A stretch of 64,000 nt of DNA from a virus (lineage: Duplodnaviria > Heunggongvirae > Uroviricota > Caudoviricetes): the IMG/VR virus record IMGVR_UViG_3300021310_000004; one strand, 5' to 3'. Made by a program: the position numbers and the translations under genes. Below are positions 39,349 to 49,301 of this stretch, piece by piece. Within the stretch, counting starts at the first letter, position 1. Every line of letters begins with the position of its first letter. The notes under the pieces are model-generated. The model worked only from the letters and a program-made list of their open reading frames with translations, was not told the DNA's origin and ran no database searches.

Positions 39349-39822
39349 CTATTTGCTTACATAGTCCGGTTCTGGCATCGGTTCATAAATCGTAAGGATT
39401 TCACCATCTACACCAATATGATACGAACCGTCATGACTATACTCAAATTGTTTTTTTATTGGGGTATCATATTTTGTTACATCTAATACATGTTCTCCTT
39501 TTTCATCCATGTATGTTATCGACTGTAGTGATCCGTAGTGAGATCCATTACCCGTTTCAACGTCCACAATAACAGTATCATCCAGCTCCTGTACGATTTC
39601 TTGAATCATATTGTTGTATTCTGTATTGTATGCAGAAATCGCTAATCCGGCCCAAAACATTATGTACGAAAGGCCGGTTATCATACTTATGACAGACATT
39701 AAAACTGGTTCCTCAGAGTACTTATGTCCAAAATACTTTTCAAAAACAATTATAAAGGCCGTACCACTAACTGCAATTACGAGCGATACTATCCATACGT
39801 ATGTAAAAAAATTATCCATCAT
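39349..39822 (-). CDS. membrane protein (hypothetical); looks paralogous to 38819..39301 by eye
   Basis: similar architecture: TM N-terminus, then shared ...HIGVDGEILTIYEP / ...HIAISDDEKLTIYKP tail. Confidence 0.45.
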   Translation of the reverse strand: MMDNFFTYVWIVSLVIAVSGTAFIIVFEKYFGHKYSEEPVLMSVISMITGLSYIMFWAGLAISAYNTEYNNMIQEIVQELDDTVIVDVETGNGSHYGSLQSITYMDEKGEHVLDVTKYDTPIKKQFEYSHDGSYHIGVDGEILTIYEPMPEPDYVSK

Positions 39823-39856
39823 TATCTCCTATTTGTTCGAATCATCTTTAATATGT

Positions 39857-40435
39857 CTATAGATTTGTAGCACTATGCTTGCTTCTTAGCATGCAAAACA
39901 GCAGCTCGTTCATACTTCTTGTTCTGCTATTCTCCCGTGGTTGTGCTACGGTCCAGTATTTCCACTTCTTATCAGCATCTAATTTTGTTGGGTTTTGAAA
40001 TTCTTTTGCCAGTGCGTTAGAATCCCTTAAGTCGATATTAGCTGGTACCGGAATCATGAATCCGAAATATGGGCACTTCTCAACTCCCATGAGCCCCTTG
40101 ATATGATTCTCAAGGGTATTATCTCTTTGATCATTTAACAGCTTTTTATATGTCTCCATCGTTGTTACGATATAATTCTTCTCGCCGTAGAAATTAAGCC
40201 CGTTTCCGCTATATACGTCTTGTACACAAGATTTTACTTCATAGCATACAAATATGCCCTTCTCAATATCAGATGCGTATACAACGCCATTTGGACGAAA
40301 TTCCATCACATCGATCCTTTTTGGATGTATTGTGCCATAATCTAAAGTCACTTCCTTGGCATAATACTTTCGATCCGATAGTTTGTCCTGAATCAGTAAA
40401 TCTGTTAGGAATTTTGTTGTTTCTTTTCTGTTCAT
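39857..40435 (-). CDS. hypothetical protein
   Basis: ORF. Confidence 0.45.
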   Translation of the reverse strand: MNRKETTKFLTDLLIQDKLSDRKYYAKEVTLDYGTIHPKRIDVMEFRPNGVVYASDIEKGIFVCYEVKSCVQDVYSGNGLNFYGEKNYIVTTMETYKKLLNDQRDNTLENHIKGLMGVEKCPYFGFMIPVPANIDLRDSNALAKEFQNPTKLDADKKWKYWTVAQPRENSRTRSMNELLFCMLRSKHSATNL

Positions 40436-40439
40436 ATTT

Positions 40440-40622
40440 TTATACCAAAAACTGCGTTAGTTCCAGTCCACCAAGACAGACTAAGAGACATGAAATGGAA
40501 ACAAGAAAGAGTTTACGGAATTGCGACGAATATTTTACAAATGGGGTAACTATAAGAGCAAATACGCAAAATACCAGGCTACCAAATCGTAATATCTGTT
40601 CATAATAATTCAATATTTGCAT
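40440..40622 (-). CDS. small membrane protein
   Basis: ORF 35 nt downstream of class A copy 7. Confidence 0.4.
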   Translation of the reverse strand: MQILNYYEQILRFGSLVFCVFALIVTPFVKYSSQFRKLFLVSISCLLVCLGGLELTQFLV

Positions 40623-40656
40623 TTCAATCTCCTCCTCTTCGAATTCTCACATTAGT

Positions 40657-40694
40657 AATACGTATCAATGGACTTTATTTTGTGACAAAAAAAA
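40657..40694 (-). promoter_or_regulatory. class A bipartite motif
   Basis: TAATACGTATCAATGG-N-TTTTGTGACAAAAAAAAG. Confidence 0.45.
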
Positions 40695-40825
40695 GCACCA
40701 GTATGGCACTTTTCCTGCGGCGTCATGAAGCGTTCCTTCTTCATGATTCTTCGTTTTTGCTGCTCCATTTTGAAACATTTGTTATCGCGATGCTTCTTTA
40801 TTCAAGTCCACGTTCTTTTTGTGAT

Positions 40826-40936
40826 TCAATTCCATATCCCCCGTTCTTTCGCCTCTTTTGCGAAACCAATCAATGTACCGATAATTGTCCCGATACAAGC
40901 CGAAAGCCCAATACCGCCAATTAAAATTAGTTCCAT
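40826..40936 (-). CDS. 36-aa hydrophobic peptide (MELILIGGIGLSACIGTIIGTLIGFAKEAKERGIWN)
   Basis: GAAAGGAAG RBS. Confidence 0.3.
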   Translation of the reverse strand: MELILIGGIGLSACIGTIIGTLIGFAKEAKERGIWN

Positions 40937-41116
40937 GTTTACCGTCTTCCTTTCTAAAAACAAAAAAATGGCGGAATGTCCGTTTTCTCGGTTACATCCG
41001 CCCTGCAACTTGTTACACCCACGGACTACGGGGAGCTAATCAAATATTACATCGTGACCATTGGAGGTAGCTTAATCTCCCGTCACGAGTGGATCCACGT
41101 GGACTCATTGTGTTCC

Positions 41117-41314
41117 TTACCATTCGCTATCGTGATTTGGTATGCCTGAATGTGTTGTTACATCATACAATGCTCTTACGTTTAAGCGCTGTTCTTCTCT
41201 AAATTTGGAGAGCGCTCGATTATGTTCGAATTCCTTATACTCTTCTTCGCTTAAACGATGACAACTAGAATAGTTAGTAACGTTATATCGCGGCACATAT
41301 ACTGGTACAAACAT
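41117..41314 (-). CDS. small hypothetical protein
   Basis: ORF. Confidence 0.35.
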   Translation of the reverse strand: MFVPVYVPRYNVTNYSSCHRLSEEEYKEFEHNRALSKFREEQRLNVRALYDVTTHSGIPNHDSEW

Positions 41315-41343
41315 TGATACCTCCTATTATATAATGGATCCAC

Positions 41344-41417
41344 GGGGACTCGAACCCACGACCCTACCGGTTATGAGCCGGTTGCTCGACCAATTGAGCT
41401 TTGGATCCATATGGCCA
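41344..41417 (-). tRNA. tRNA (CAT anticodon)
   Basis: perfect acceptor GGATCCA/TGGATCC; loop CTCATAA. Confidence 0.55.
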
Positions 41418-41452
41418 AGGGAACGTATCCTTCTTGACCTAATCTTATTAAG

Positions 41453-41690
41453 GCATGTTCGGCATAAAAGCTGCACATGCCTATATGATATCCGGCCGGG
41501 ATTGCACCGGCACCCTTGGAGAAAAGTGTACTGAGTCGTCCAACAATTGCATTGTCAACTGCACTCAACTTTATACGACGGATATCGCACCAATGTCTCC
41601 GGACTTCGTATAGTCCCACCAGTGGATCCACTTTACATACGGTAGATGGATCAGACGCTCTCGTCATAGCAGAGATTTACGCTCCGCTAG
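41453..41690 (-). ncRNA. conserved structured block A, copy 1 (about 235 nt); second copy at 44305-44527
   Basis: about 85% identical copies with shared core CTATATGATATCCGNCCGGGATTGCACCGGCACCCTTGGAGAAAAGTGTACT. Confidence 0.4.
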
Positions 41691-41981
41691 AGAAATGAAT
41701 GTGCCAGGAATCGAACCTGGATCCGAAACGGCGAAGCCGCTTGTACTCCCATGAGTGTCACATCCAATGTATTTAATAAATGTGATCTATGAGCCACTCA
41801 GTAGCTCCAAGAGCCAAGATACTCGGAATCCCCAATAACAAGTACACCTTCGTAAAAAGGACAAGAGGTAATCCAAGAAAGAGTCCAACCATGATGAATA
41901 CAATGTAGAGTTCTATATAGAATTCGATATACTTCTCCATAATCGTCCTTCCTAATAGGATAAATAGTTATATCTCCAAAG

Positions 41982-42074
41982 GAGAACGGATAAGGGAGGA
42001 ATCGAACCTCCGACCATCAGGTACTATTATTGACCTAAGTGCTGCCAACTTACATCTATCTTATCCATGTTGAC
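41982..42074 (-). ncRNA. tRNA-like element (perfect acceptor GGATAAG/CTTATCC, T-arm GGAGGTTCGATTCCTCC) with non-canonical anticodon arm; copy 1 of block B start
   Basis: read directly; duplicated at 44643-44735. Confidence 0.35.
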
Positions 42075-42301
42075 CGGTAGTGCCCAACGGTCGTTGCGTT
42101 TCGTGTGGTTGCAGCCCACTACTTTGCTTTCCCTCAGCCAGGCTCTGCAAAGCCCCAATAGGACGACACTATCACGTTACTTGCAATATGTACTCCCTAG
42201 AGCCGCCTTTTGGGACATGGTGGTGGGCTAATCCACATAACATATTACAAGCCTTTTAGGTGCTAACCTCGGACAACTTTTACGTCATATCCGTTTGACG
42301 A
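42075..42301 (-). ncRNA. conserved structured block B, copy 1 (about 230 nt); second copy 44736-44958
   Basis: about 90% identity between copies; no ORF conserved. Confidence 0.4.
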
Positions 42302-42425
42302 CGTGGAAACGAAGGGATTCGAACCCATACCGGACTTATTGTATCTATCTGTGCACCGATATTTTGATACAATAAGGAGCCTTCTTACAGATATTGTCTG
42401 CTGTTCTACCACTTGAACTACGTTT
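42302..42425 (-). ncRNA. tRNA-like element with giant extra arm (11-bp stem CTTATTGTATC/GATACAATAAG) between anticodon and T arms
   Basis: perfect acceptor GGAAACG/CGTTTCC, D-arm GTTC/GAAC, T-arm GGGTTCGAATCCC. Confidence 0.35.
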
Positions 42426-42583
42426 CCATATTCGCACCATACAGAGGCTCCTATTGGTAGCTTACTATGGCACTTTGCATTTGTTCTAATTTACGAACTA
42501 CTTCTTTAGCGCGTTTTTACGTAGCGATAATGCACGTACCGGCTACGGCTTAATCCTCGCATCATACGATATGCGATTGAGCG

Positions 42584-42656
42584 TGAATGATAGGAGGTTC
42601 GAACTCCTGGCCACCGGATTAAAAGTCCGGTGCTCTACCAACTGAGCTAATCATCC
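42584..42656 (-). tRNA. tRNA-Lys(TTT), second copy
   Basis: loop CTTTTAA. Confidence 0.6.
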
Positions 42657-42837
42657 ATATGTATCCTTGAAACTCCCTTTGGCCTCCGGCCCTGATCCAG
42701 AACTAAGGATACAATACACGGTGCTGATCAATGACGAATAGAATGATACAGGCTTGTTACCGTATATAGTTTTTCGTATTGGCTTACTGAAGCAAGATTC
42801 GTCTTTTATCCAGTGCTTCATGCAATACTAGGAAGAA

Positions 42838-42925
42838 TGGACTCAGTGGGATTCGGACCCACATTCGCGAGTGTTCGCTCTTTCATCTTAAACACTTAAG
42901 ATGGCTTTTCCTTTTAAGCTATGAA
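42838..42925 (-). ncRNA. tRNA-like element with 8-bp/4-nt-loop hairpin replacing anticodon arm
   Basis: T-arm GTGGGTCCGAATCCCAC; ATCTTAAGtgttTTAAGAT. Confidence 0.3.
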
Positions 42926-43464
42926 TCCATGTGCGGAACCTACCCACTTCTCCGCTGTGCGAATCATCAGGTCAACCAGGTCAACACTGTCCAACAACCA
43001 CCGCGCGGTATCCGCAGAACCAACAGTCCACGGGCCGCCTCGCACCCCATTTCAAATCGGCCACTAAAGCAGGACCTCTCTGTAAATAAACCCCGGCTTT
43101 ATCGAAATATCGAATGGTGCCGGAAACCATATATAGGCACGTTCACAATAAGGATTCGCCATGGCTCGATTCGTTACTAATTGCTTCAACAGCTGACGTC
43201 TACACCGATACAAAGCAACGTTTACACCTTCTCTCAACGAAGGCTAGAAGATCTACCACATATGAACAAAAGCCTAAATAGATGCCTTTGTCTCGAACAT
43301 ATCTCTTTAAAGCTACGTCTTAAAGAGAGCAGCCTATACCTGCCGACACCTACTGGTATGATACCTATCTATGCGTCCATCTCGTACGACGCAGGCATCA
43401 TACATACCACCTGATCTTATTTGTTTGTGCAGTGCTATACTGCTCGGAGTCCTGCTCCGCATAG

Positions 43465-43600
43465 CCTCTGACGGACTCGAACCGACAACCTTCTGTCCAA
43501 GGCATATTTTCCCGACTTAATGTACACTCCATCGGTACTTCTATCTTGCCCCTGGACTTGCTCCAGCCAATTAAGCTAAGAGGCTACAAGTGGGCCGGGT
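43465..43600 (-). ncRNA. tRNA-like element with about 52-nt insertion between anticodon-stem halves (mini-intron-like)
   Basis: acceptor GCCTCTT/CAGAGGC, D-arm, T-arm GTCGGTTCGAGTCCGTC; GTCCAGGGGC...GCCTTGGAC pairing. Confidence 0.3.
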
Positions 43601-43728
43601 AGGATTCGAACCTACGATACATACAGACTTTTACAGCTGATATTACATCTGCGCCCTGTGCCTGCTCGGGTACCGACCCATATCCGGATTTTTTGTACAG
43701 GTATCCGGGAACCTGCTGCATAATCTGC

Positions 43729-44274
43729 TTAGAAGTACTTCTTGTAAAGATCCTCAACAAACGGAACCTTGATCTCTTCGTATCTAAGTGCGCGTAATGC
43801 TGCCATTAAGAACATTAAGAACTCAAACCAGTTACATACGGTACGTAAGATAGAAAGCAAACTATTGATTGCGCCAAAGTATACGCTGATACCGATTGTG
43901 CTAAGTAAGCTTGAAATCACGCTAAAGGTGTCGCCTGGAAGTTCAAGCACCTTGTAGAATACGGAAAATACGATTGATAACATCAAAGACTTAATTGTGG
44001 CGCTTGTGATGTACTCGTTCTTCTCAATCAAAAGAGCATATCCTAAGATCAAGAGCAGCGGTACGTAACCACCAAAGTATCCGCAAATAAATGCGAAAGC
44101 TGCGATCAAACTAACACGAATTCCCTCTTTGGTTCTTGGAATTCCAGCACCATTGAAGTTAGAATCTTTACCGAAAGACTTCACTTCCTGCATTGTCTGA
44201 TTAATAGTGTCCTTTGCCGCGTTACCAACGCTGTTTGCCATGTTCTGCATGGTCTGCTGATTGTTTTCTGTCAT
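43729..44274 (-). CDS. membrane protein (hypothetical) embedded in the ncRNA island
   Basis: ORF with TM helices. Confidence 0.45.
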   Translation of the reverse strand: MTENNQQTMQNMANSVGNAAKDTINQTMQEVKSFGKDSNFNGAGIPRTKEGIRVSLIAAFAFICGYFGGYVPLLLILGYALLIEKNEYITSATIKSLMLSIVFSVFYKVLELPGDTFSVISSLLSTIGISVYFGAINSLLSILRTVCNWFEFLMFLMAALRALRYEEIKVPFVEDLYKKYF

Positions 44275-44304
44275 TTAATTACTCCTCTCTAGTTTATTAA
44301 TATT

Positions 44305-44527
44305 AAGACGTGCACAGTTTTATGCCGAACATGTCTATATGATATCCGACCGGGATTGCACCGGCACCCTTGGAGAAAAGTGTACTAAGCCAGTTCAACG
44401 ACGCTCGACTTTATACGACGGATATCGCACCAGTGTCTCCGGACCTCGTATGGTCCCACCAGCGGATTCACTTTAGCGGTAGTGAATCAAACGCTTTCAT
44501 CATTGCAGGTTTTTGTTCCCGCTAGAC
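44305..44527 (-). ncRNA. conserved structured block A, copy 2
   Basis: see copy 1. Confidence 0.4.
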
Positions 44528-44642
44528 ACAAATTCGGGCCTCACCTCAGCTTGTCCCTATAAAGCTCTCGTAGGGCTTTGTTCTTGCAAACAGTACTACA
44601 ATTTGCGTTTCCGCTCAGTACCGAGGTCGCAATGCCTCCTGG

Positions 44643-44985
44643 GCGAAAATGGATAAGGGAGGAATCGAACCTCCGACCATCAGGTACTATTATTGACCTA
44701 AGTGCTACCAACTTACATCTATCTTATCCATGTTGACCGAAAGTGCCCAACGGTCGTTGCGTTTCGTGTGGTTGCAGCCCACTACTTCGCTTTCCCTCAG
44801 CCAGGCTCTGCAAAGCCCCAATAGGACGACACTATCACGTTACTTGTAATACGTACTCCCTAGAGCCGCCTTTTGGGACATGGTGGTGGGCTAATCCACG
44901 TAACATATTACAAGCTTTTTAGGTGCTAACCTCGGACAACTTTTACGTCATATCCGTTTGACAGCGTGGAAAGAGGGGGATTCGA
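44643..44985 (-). ncRNA. block B copy 2 (tRNA-like element + about 225-nt conserved RNA)
   Basis: see copy 1. Confidence 0.4.
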
Positions 44986-45085
44986 ACCCACATGCCGTCT
45001 CCTATTACTATTGTTGCAACAATAGTAATATTCATCGACGTTGACTTGCCATATCGTCCATCTTTCCATGTCCGGCTTTTTGATA
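44986..45085 (-). ncRNA. tRNA-like element with perfect 20-nt palindromic extra hairpin (ACTATTGTTGCAACAATAGT)
   Basis: acceptor GGAAAGA/TCTTTCC, T-arm GGGTTCGAATCCC. Confidence 0.3.
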
Positions 45086-45252
45086 ACGGGAAGCCGGAAA
45101 CCCAAGCAATACTACCGGGTATCACCGATAGTCCAGAATGATTGGCACCCTGACCCTTACCTAAAGAAAGTTCCTTCATATAGAAGGCGGAAAACTGAGT
45201 AAGTGGGTTACCTCGTTTTGGCGTTTCCTATACATCAATTACTGTTCAAATA

Positions 45253-45291
45253 TAATACGTATCATTCGATGCCGTTTTGTGACAAAATAAT
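45253..45291 (-). promoter_or_regulatory. class A bipartite motif driving the ncRNA island
   Basis: TAATACGTATCATTCG-N6-TTTTGTGACAAAATAAT. Confidence 0.45.
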
Positions 45292-45350
45292 ACGAAATTT
45301 TTTTGAATGAACGGAAATCAGTCAATCCATTAGGCTGCTTGGCATTTCTC

Positions 45351-46178
45351 CTATAGCTTTAACAAATCCATTTCAAAATCCGGAAGGTTCCACTTTCTTT
45401 TTATTTCAAGAATACTATCGATGACTTCCAATCGTGATTCCATTGGCAGCGTTGCAATTAAGGATAACATCCGCTCCGAAATGTAAAACCGCTCGCTTGT
45501 CATCTTATCTTGGCAAATAATCTTCTCGGCCGTGTATTCGGGAGCGTTTAATTCCACTTCAGCCATCTCAACGAATTTATCTTTGATACAATCCCGGTAC
45601 AGTAGTGTACAAATAACGTCTGCTCTTCCTTCTGCAAACTCACCATTTCCTACACCATCTGGTAAACCGAAACGATTTGCGTACTTCTCTAATGCTTTGG
45701 AAACAAAGTCCTCGATAAATAATTTATCTTCAAAACTACCGTTTCTATCGACGATTGACTTGGCATTTTTAAGATCCGCTATCAGATGCGATTCTACGTC
45801 CTGATAAGATTCCTCGGAATATTTTGCCTTAATGGAATTATTTTCTGCGTACGTATTACATACGCTCACCATTTCGGCCAATTGTCTCGCGTAAGCATTT
45901 CTAACTACTGTAGGAATGATAGTAAATACCATTGATATCACCAAAAATACGATGCCCACTACCCAACATATTTGTAATGATTCACGCTCTACTTCTTTAT
46001 ACCAAAATAACAAGTTTAGTATTGCAGCCAGAAAACCAGATACACTGATTGAAGCAGTTAGAAACGACACGTATTTGTAAGAATCGTCTGAATTGGTATG
46101 AATATGATTGGTGATCGCTCTTGCATCTGCAATAGATAGTTTTGGATGCTTTTTTACAAGTTTCTCTGTTAATTTCAT
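45351..46178 (-). CDS. membrane protein (hypothetical)
   Basis: GGAGG RBS; TM helices. Confidence 0.45.
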   Translation of the reverse strand: MKLTEKLVKKHPKLSIADARAITNHIHTNSDDSYKYVSFLTASISVSGFLAAILNLLFWYKEVERESLQICWVVGIVFLVISMVFTIIPTVVRNAYARQLAEMVSVCNTYAENNSIKAKYSEESYQDVESHLIADLKNAKSIVDRNGSFEDKLFIEDFVSKALEKYANRFGLPDGVGNGEFAEGRADVICTLLYRDCIKDKFVEMAEVELNAPEYTAEKIICQDKMTSERFYISERMLSLIATLPMESRLEVIDSILEIKRKWNLPDFEMDLLKL

Positions 46179-46925
46179 AAAAACCTCCATTCTAGAATAG
46201 CTCTTAGGTCAGCCGGCCACACATTTTAACCGCAAAAATACTGTCGGTTGGTATTTGTTTCCAAAAACCGGAACGTGGGGAATTGAACCCCATTCCAAGG
46301 ACATGCAACCTTGAAAAGTACCGCTCGCCAGGCAGACGTACGGAGAAAGGAGTTATAATACCCGTACATCAACGAAACTATCACAAACATCGCGATTTCT
46401 CGCGAGTGGACTAGACGGGAGTCGAACCCGTGTCCGAAATAGTTACTAATTAAGAGTCTTAACGCTGTTGGGAGCGAAGAAAATCTCGCCTGATCCACCA
46501 CCTGTTTTCGTACCGCCAAAGCAGGAAAGATAATTGTGGTTTCGTCTTTTGAACCTTACAGAGTACCAAACTCCAATCTATCTGTAAGACAGGCGTTTTT
46601 CATGTCGAAGCTATCTAGTTATTAAACTAGGCAGCAACTGCCATAGGACGTACATTAGATCTTGCGTCTAATTTTAAGTGATCACCGTAACGTGGTATAT
46701 CAATTCCGAGCGAACTCTTAATATTCACTACCCCGTCGAAACCATTACTAGCCCAGAGGAGGACCGCCTATTACGGGTAAGTTCCAACAAAGGAACTTAG
46801 GTTGACTTTCACATTGTCAAAACAAAACCAAGCTCTTTCGAGCCAAATCATAGACGCAGGAAACGAACCTGCCGTCTCGAATCGATATATTCGGTGATAA
46901 TTCCGTTCCACATCGATTACAATAT

Positions 46926-46965
46926 TAATACGTATCATTGGACGTCATTTTGTGACAAAAAATCA
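46926..46965 (-). promoter_or_regulatory. class A bipartite motif
   Basis: TAATACGTATCATTGG-N7-TTTTGTGACAAAAAATC. Confidence 0.45.
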
Positions 46966-48246
46966 TAAATCCATATCCAGGCTTGGTTCTATCGCGTCAT
47001 ATTCTAGATCCGATTCAATTGAACTTCCAAGATCACTACCCACGGCCTGCTCATTTGATTCGGTCAATGCCGCCTCAATATTCGTGCTTTCGACCTCAAA
47101 CGAATGATCTGGCGCATTAAACTCTAACAGCCGGTCACAACCAACTTCTTTGGCCAGTTTCAAGCAGCCAAATACATCACGCGAATCCGTCGTTTTTATC
47201 ACGCACATATGACCTTGAGGATGAACAAAGAAATCTACATTCTCGGTCAATCCATATGATTCAAGCCGTTCTTTCGAGAAATCAATCTCCGGTACCAAAC
47301 TACGTAACTGAATCTCTTTCTTTTCTTGGTTCGTACACATCAATAGCTTTACGTTTGTACCACGAAATACAGACGTGTCCGCAATCTCGCTATCAAAGCT
47401 AAAAATTTCAACGTTCGGGCCATGAAGTCGTAACTCTTCCTTGATGTACGCATTAAGCATCATCTTCGTATGATTTTGCGTCTCTTTTTGCTGCTCGATA
47501 TTTGAAATTAGATTCTCGTTCTGGTTCGTTAATGCTGCTACCAATGGATTTAATTTTGTTGTTTCGTGTTCTTGCTCTAAGTACTGATTTGTGATAGCCT
47601 CAATGCCGTCTCTAGCTTTTGCGAACGACGCGTCATTTCCTTCTGGAATCGTAAAAGGCATCCATATTGGTACCATTGAACGTACGTAGTCAGACACAAT
47701 AGCCTCTCGATCTCCTGTCGGAAGATTACCATCTTTATCTGGAAGCAAAAATCTAGCCGGTACGGTTTCTTTGCCGGCCGTCGTATCCTTTACTTCGATT
47801 GGACGGAGTACAAAGTCACGAAACTGATTTTTAACATCCAACTTCGATTCACCATCACGCAACGTAAGTTTTCCAGACTCAATCCACGTATCTATAATCT
47901 TGTCGCCCCAGATTTCCCATACGAGCCCACACGCGGCCTTTTGATTTGGACCCGATTCATGCTCGTAGCATCTCGCACCTGGCTGATGATGGTCATATAA
48001 TCCGCCGCCAACATCAGCAACAACAATATTCGGATCCTTTAATGCAGCTAATATCGTGTTATCGTCTCTTGTTCTGAAAACCTTTATCTTAGGATTAATT
48101 TGCTTTAGTTCCCAGGCGGCCATAACATCATCTGCATGTGGAATTCCATCATGAACGAACATTTTGTTTGGAATCCGATTATCGTCCGGCGTCCAGTTTA
48201 CTTCTATAATTCCATACTTTTTGTTATACGTTTTGAGCACAGTCAT
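46963..48246 (-). CDS. MYG1/UPF0160-family metal-dependent hydrolase-like protein
   Basis: FVHDGIPHADDV and YDHHQ motifs typical of MYG1; class B motif 25 nt upstream. Confidence 0.45.
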   Translation of the reverse strand: MTVLKTYNKKYGIIEVNWTPDDNRIPNKMFVHDGIPHADDVMAAWELKQINPKIKVFRTRDDNTILAALKDPNIVVADVGGGLYDHHQPGARCYEHESGPNQKAACGLVWEIWGDKIIDTWIESGKLTLRDGESKLDVKNQFRDFVLRPIEVKDTTAGKETVPARFLLPDKDGNLPTGDREAIVSDYVRSMVPIWMPFTIPEGNDASFAKARDGIEAITNQYLEQEHETTKLNPLVAALTNQNENLISNIEQQKETQNHTKMMLNAYIKEELRLHGPNVEIFSFDSEIADTSVFRGTNVKLLMCTNQEKKEIQLRSLVPEIDFSKERLESYGLTENVDFFVHPQGHMCVIKTTDSRDVFGCLKLAKEVGCDRLLEFNAPDHSFEVESTNIEAALTESNEQAVGSDLGSSIESDLEYDAIEPSLDMDL

Positions 48247-48365
48247 CCCCTCTCTTTCTTTTACAATCCTTTTAAATATGGGGATGCTAAATGGAAACAA
48301 AAAAAAAGAACCTATGCATAACGCACAAGTTCTGTTAATATCTTTATTTTCGAAATTGAAAATAT

Positions 48366-48602
48366 AGCGATGACACCTTGTTAACTGATAGTCCTCTCGG
48401 ACTAGAGTTTGCTAGAGATTAAGCATCGAACAGCCTCGATATCCTTATCAACCGATAGTTCTTTCGGACGTTCTATTATTAAAGTATCGGATTATAGAGC
48501 CTCGATACCATTGCTAACCAGTAGTCCTATCGGACGCTCAAGTTTAATTCACTGGTTTGTTGTCCCCTCGATACCATTGCTAATCAGTGGTCCTATCGGA
48601 CG
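48366..48602 (-). CRISPR. CRISPR-like mini-array 1: four 37-nt repeats (48366, 48434, 48500, 48566; consensus CCTCGATACCATTGCTAACCAGTAGTCCTATCGGACG, first copy degenerate), spacers 31/29/29 nt
   Basis: conserved repeat ends CCTCGATA...CGGACG, unique fixed-length spacers, 66-bp period; orientation uncertain. Confidence 0.45.
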
Positions 48603-48708
48603 TCAAATATGGTGGCCTGTACGACAAGTTCTACTACATCTAGCATGTAGTCCTACCTTGTTTTCCAGGGCCGGTTCGGCTAAAAGCCAGGACGATCGTT
48701 CGCCCTAA
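48603..48708 (-). ncRNA. conserved 105-nt tail of array 1 (about 85% identical to 49536-49641)
   Basis: shared hairpins (GCCGGTTCGGC; ACTACATctagcATGTAGT). Confidence 0.4.
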
Positions 48709-48713
48709 TTATT

Positions 48714-49166
48714 TTATACGAAAATCGCATCTAACCAGCCGCCCTGATAAATGCGCGGGCCATTGAAAAACTTTTCACACTCGATCCGCCATCCATCAAA
48801 CTGGTATACGATCTTATTTTCAGTTTCATCATCTGGCTCGCCGAGTAACTCTTTTGCGATTTCACAACTTTTTTCAAATCGGCGATCCTGATATTCACGC
48901 TTCGGAATTCGCAGCATTTCATCCAATCCGTCAGAGTAAATGAAATGAGCCGCGCTTAACACATAATCTCCGTCCGGCAGTGGAACAAAATCACACTGAG
49001 CATATCCGGAATATCTTTTTTCATCTTTCAAAAAATAGGCATCAATAATAGGAACAGTAAGATAGGTTCCTTTATTTCTAACGATATGCCATTGTATGTC
49101 TTTCTTTTTTAGTTCACTTAAACGATCATTCGGTCGTAATTCATACCCACCTAAATTAAAAATCAT
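48714..49166 (-). CDS. hypothetical 150-aa protein bracketed by the two array+tail units
   Basis: TAGGAGAAGGA RBS before MIFNLGG. Confidence 0.45.
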   Translation of the reverse strand: MIFNLGGYELRPNDRLSELKKKDIQWHIVRNKGTYLTVPIIDAYFLKDEKRYSGYAQCDFVPLPDGDYVLSAAHFIYSDGLDEMLRIPKREYQDRRFEKSCEIAKELLGEPDDETENKIVYQFDGWRIECEKFFNGPRIYQGGWLDAIFV

Positions 49167-49301
49167 TCCTTCTCCTACACAAAATCTGTGACCCGTTCGT
49201 TTATTGCTACATTTTTTTGTCAAATTCTCGTGAACTGGTCCTCATCTTCACTTCGATATACCATTTGAACAATACCATTTTTTGAACACTTTTCGGAAAC
49301 T

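Noticed and set aside
41334-46519. ORFs 41334..41534, 41371..41667, 41516..41698, 42929..43180, 43181..43414, 44943..45179, 46226..46519
   Set aside because: They overlap the duplicated ncRNA blocks and tRNA-like elements. The two copies of each block do not preserve any reading frame.
48409-48708. ORF 48409..48708(+) over array 1
   Set aside because: It is entirely repeat-spacer sequence plus the conserved tail. The same tail in copy 2 is not in an ORF.
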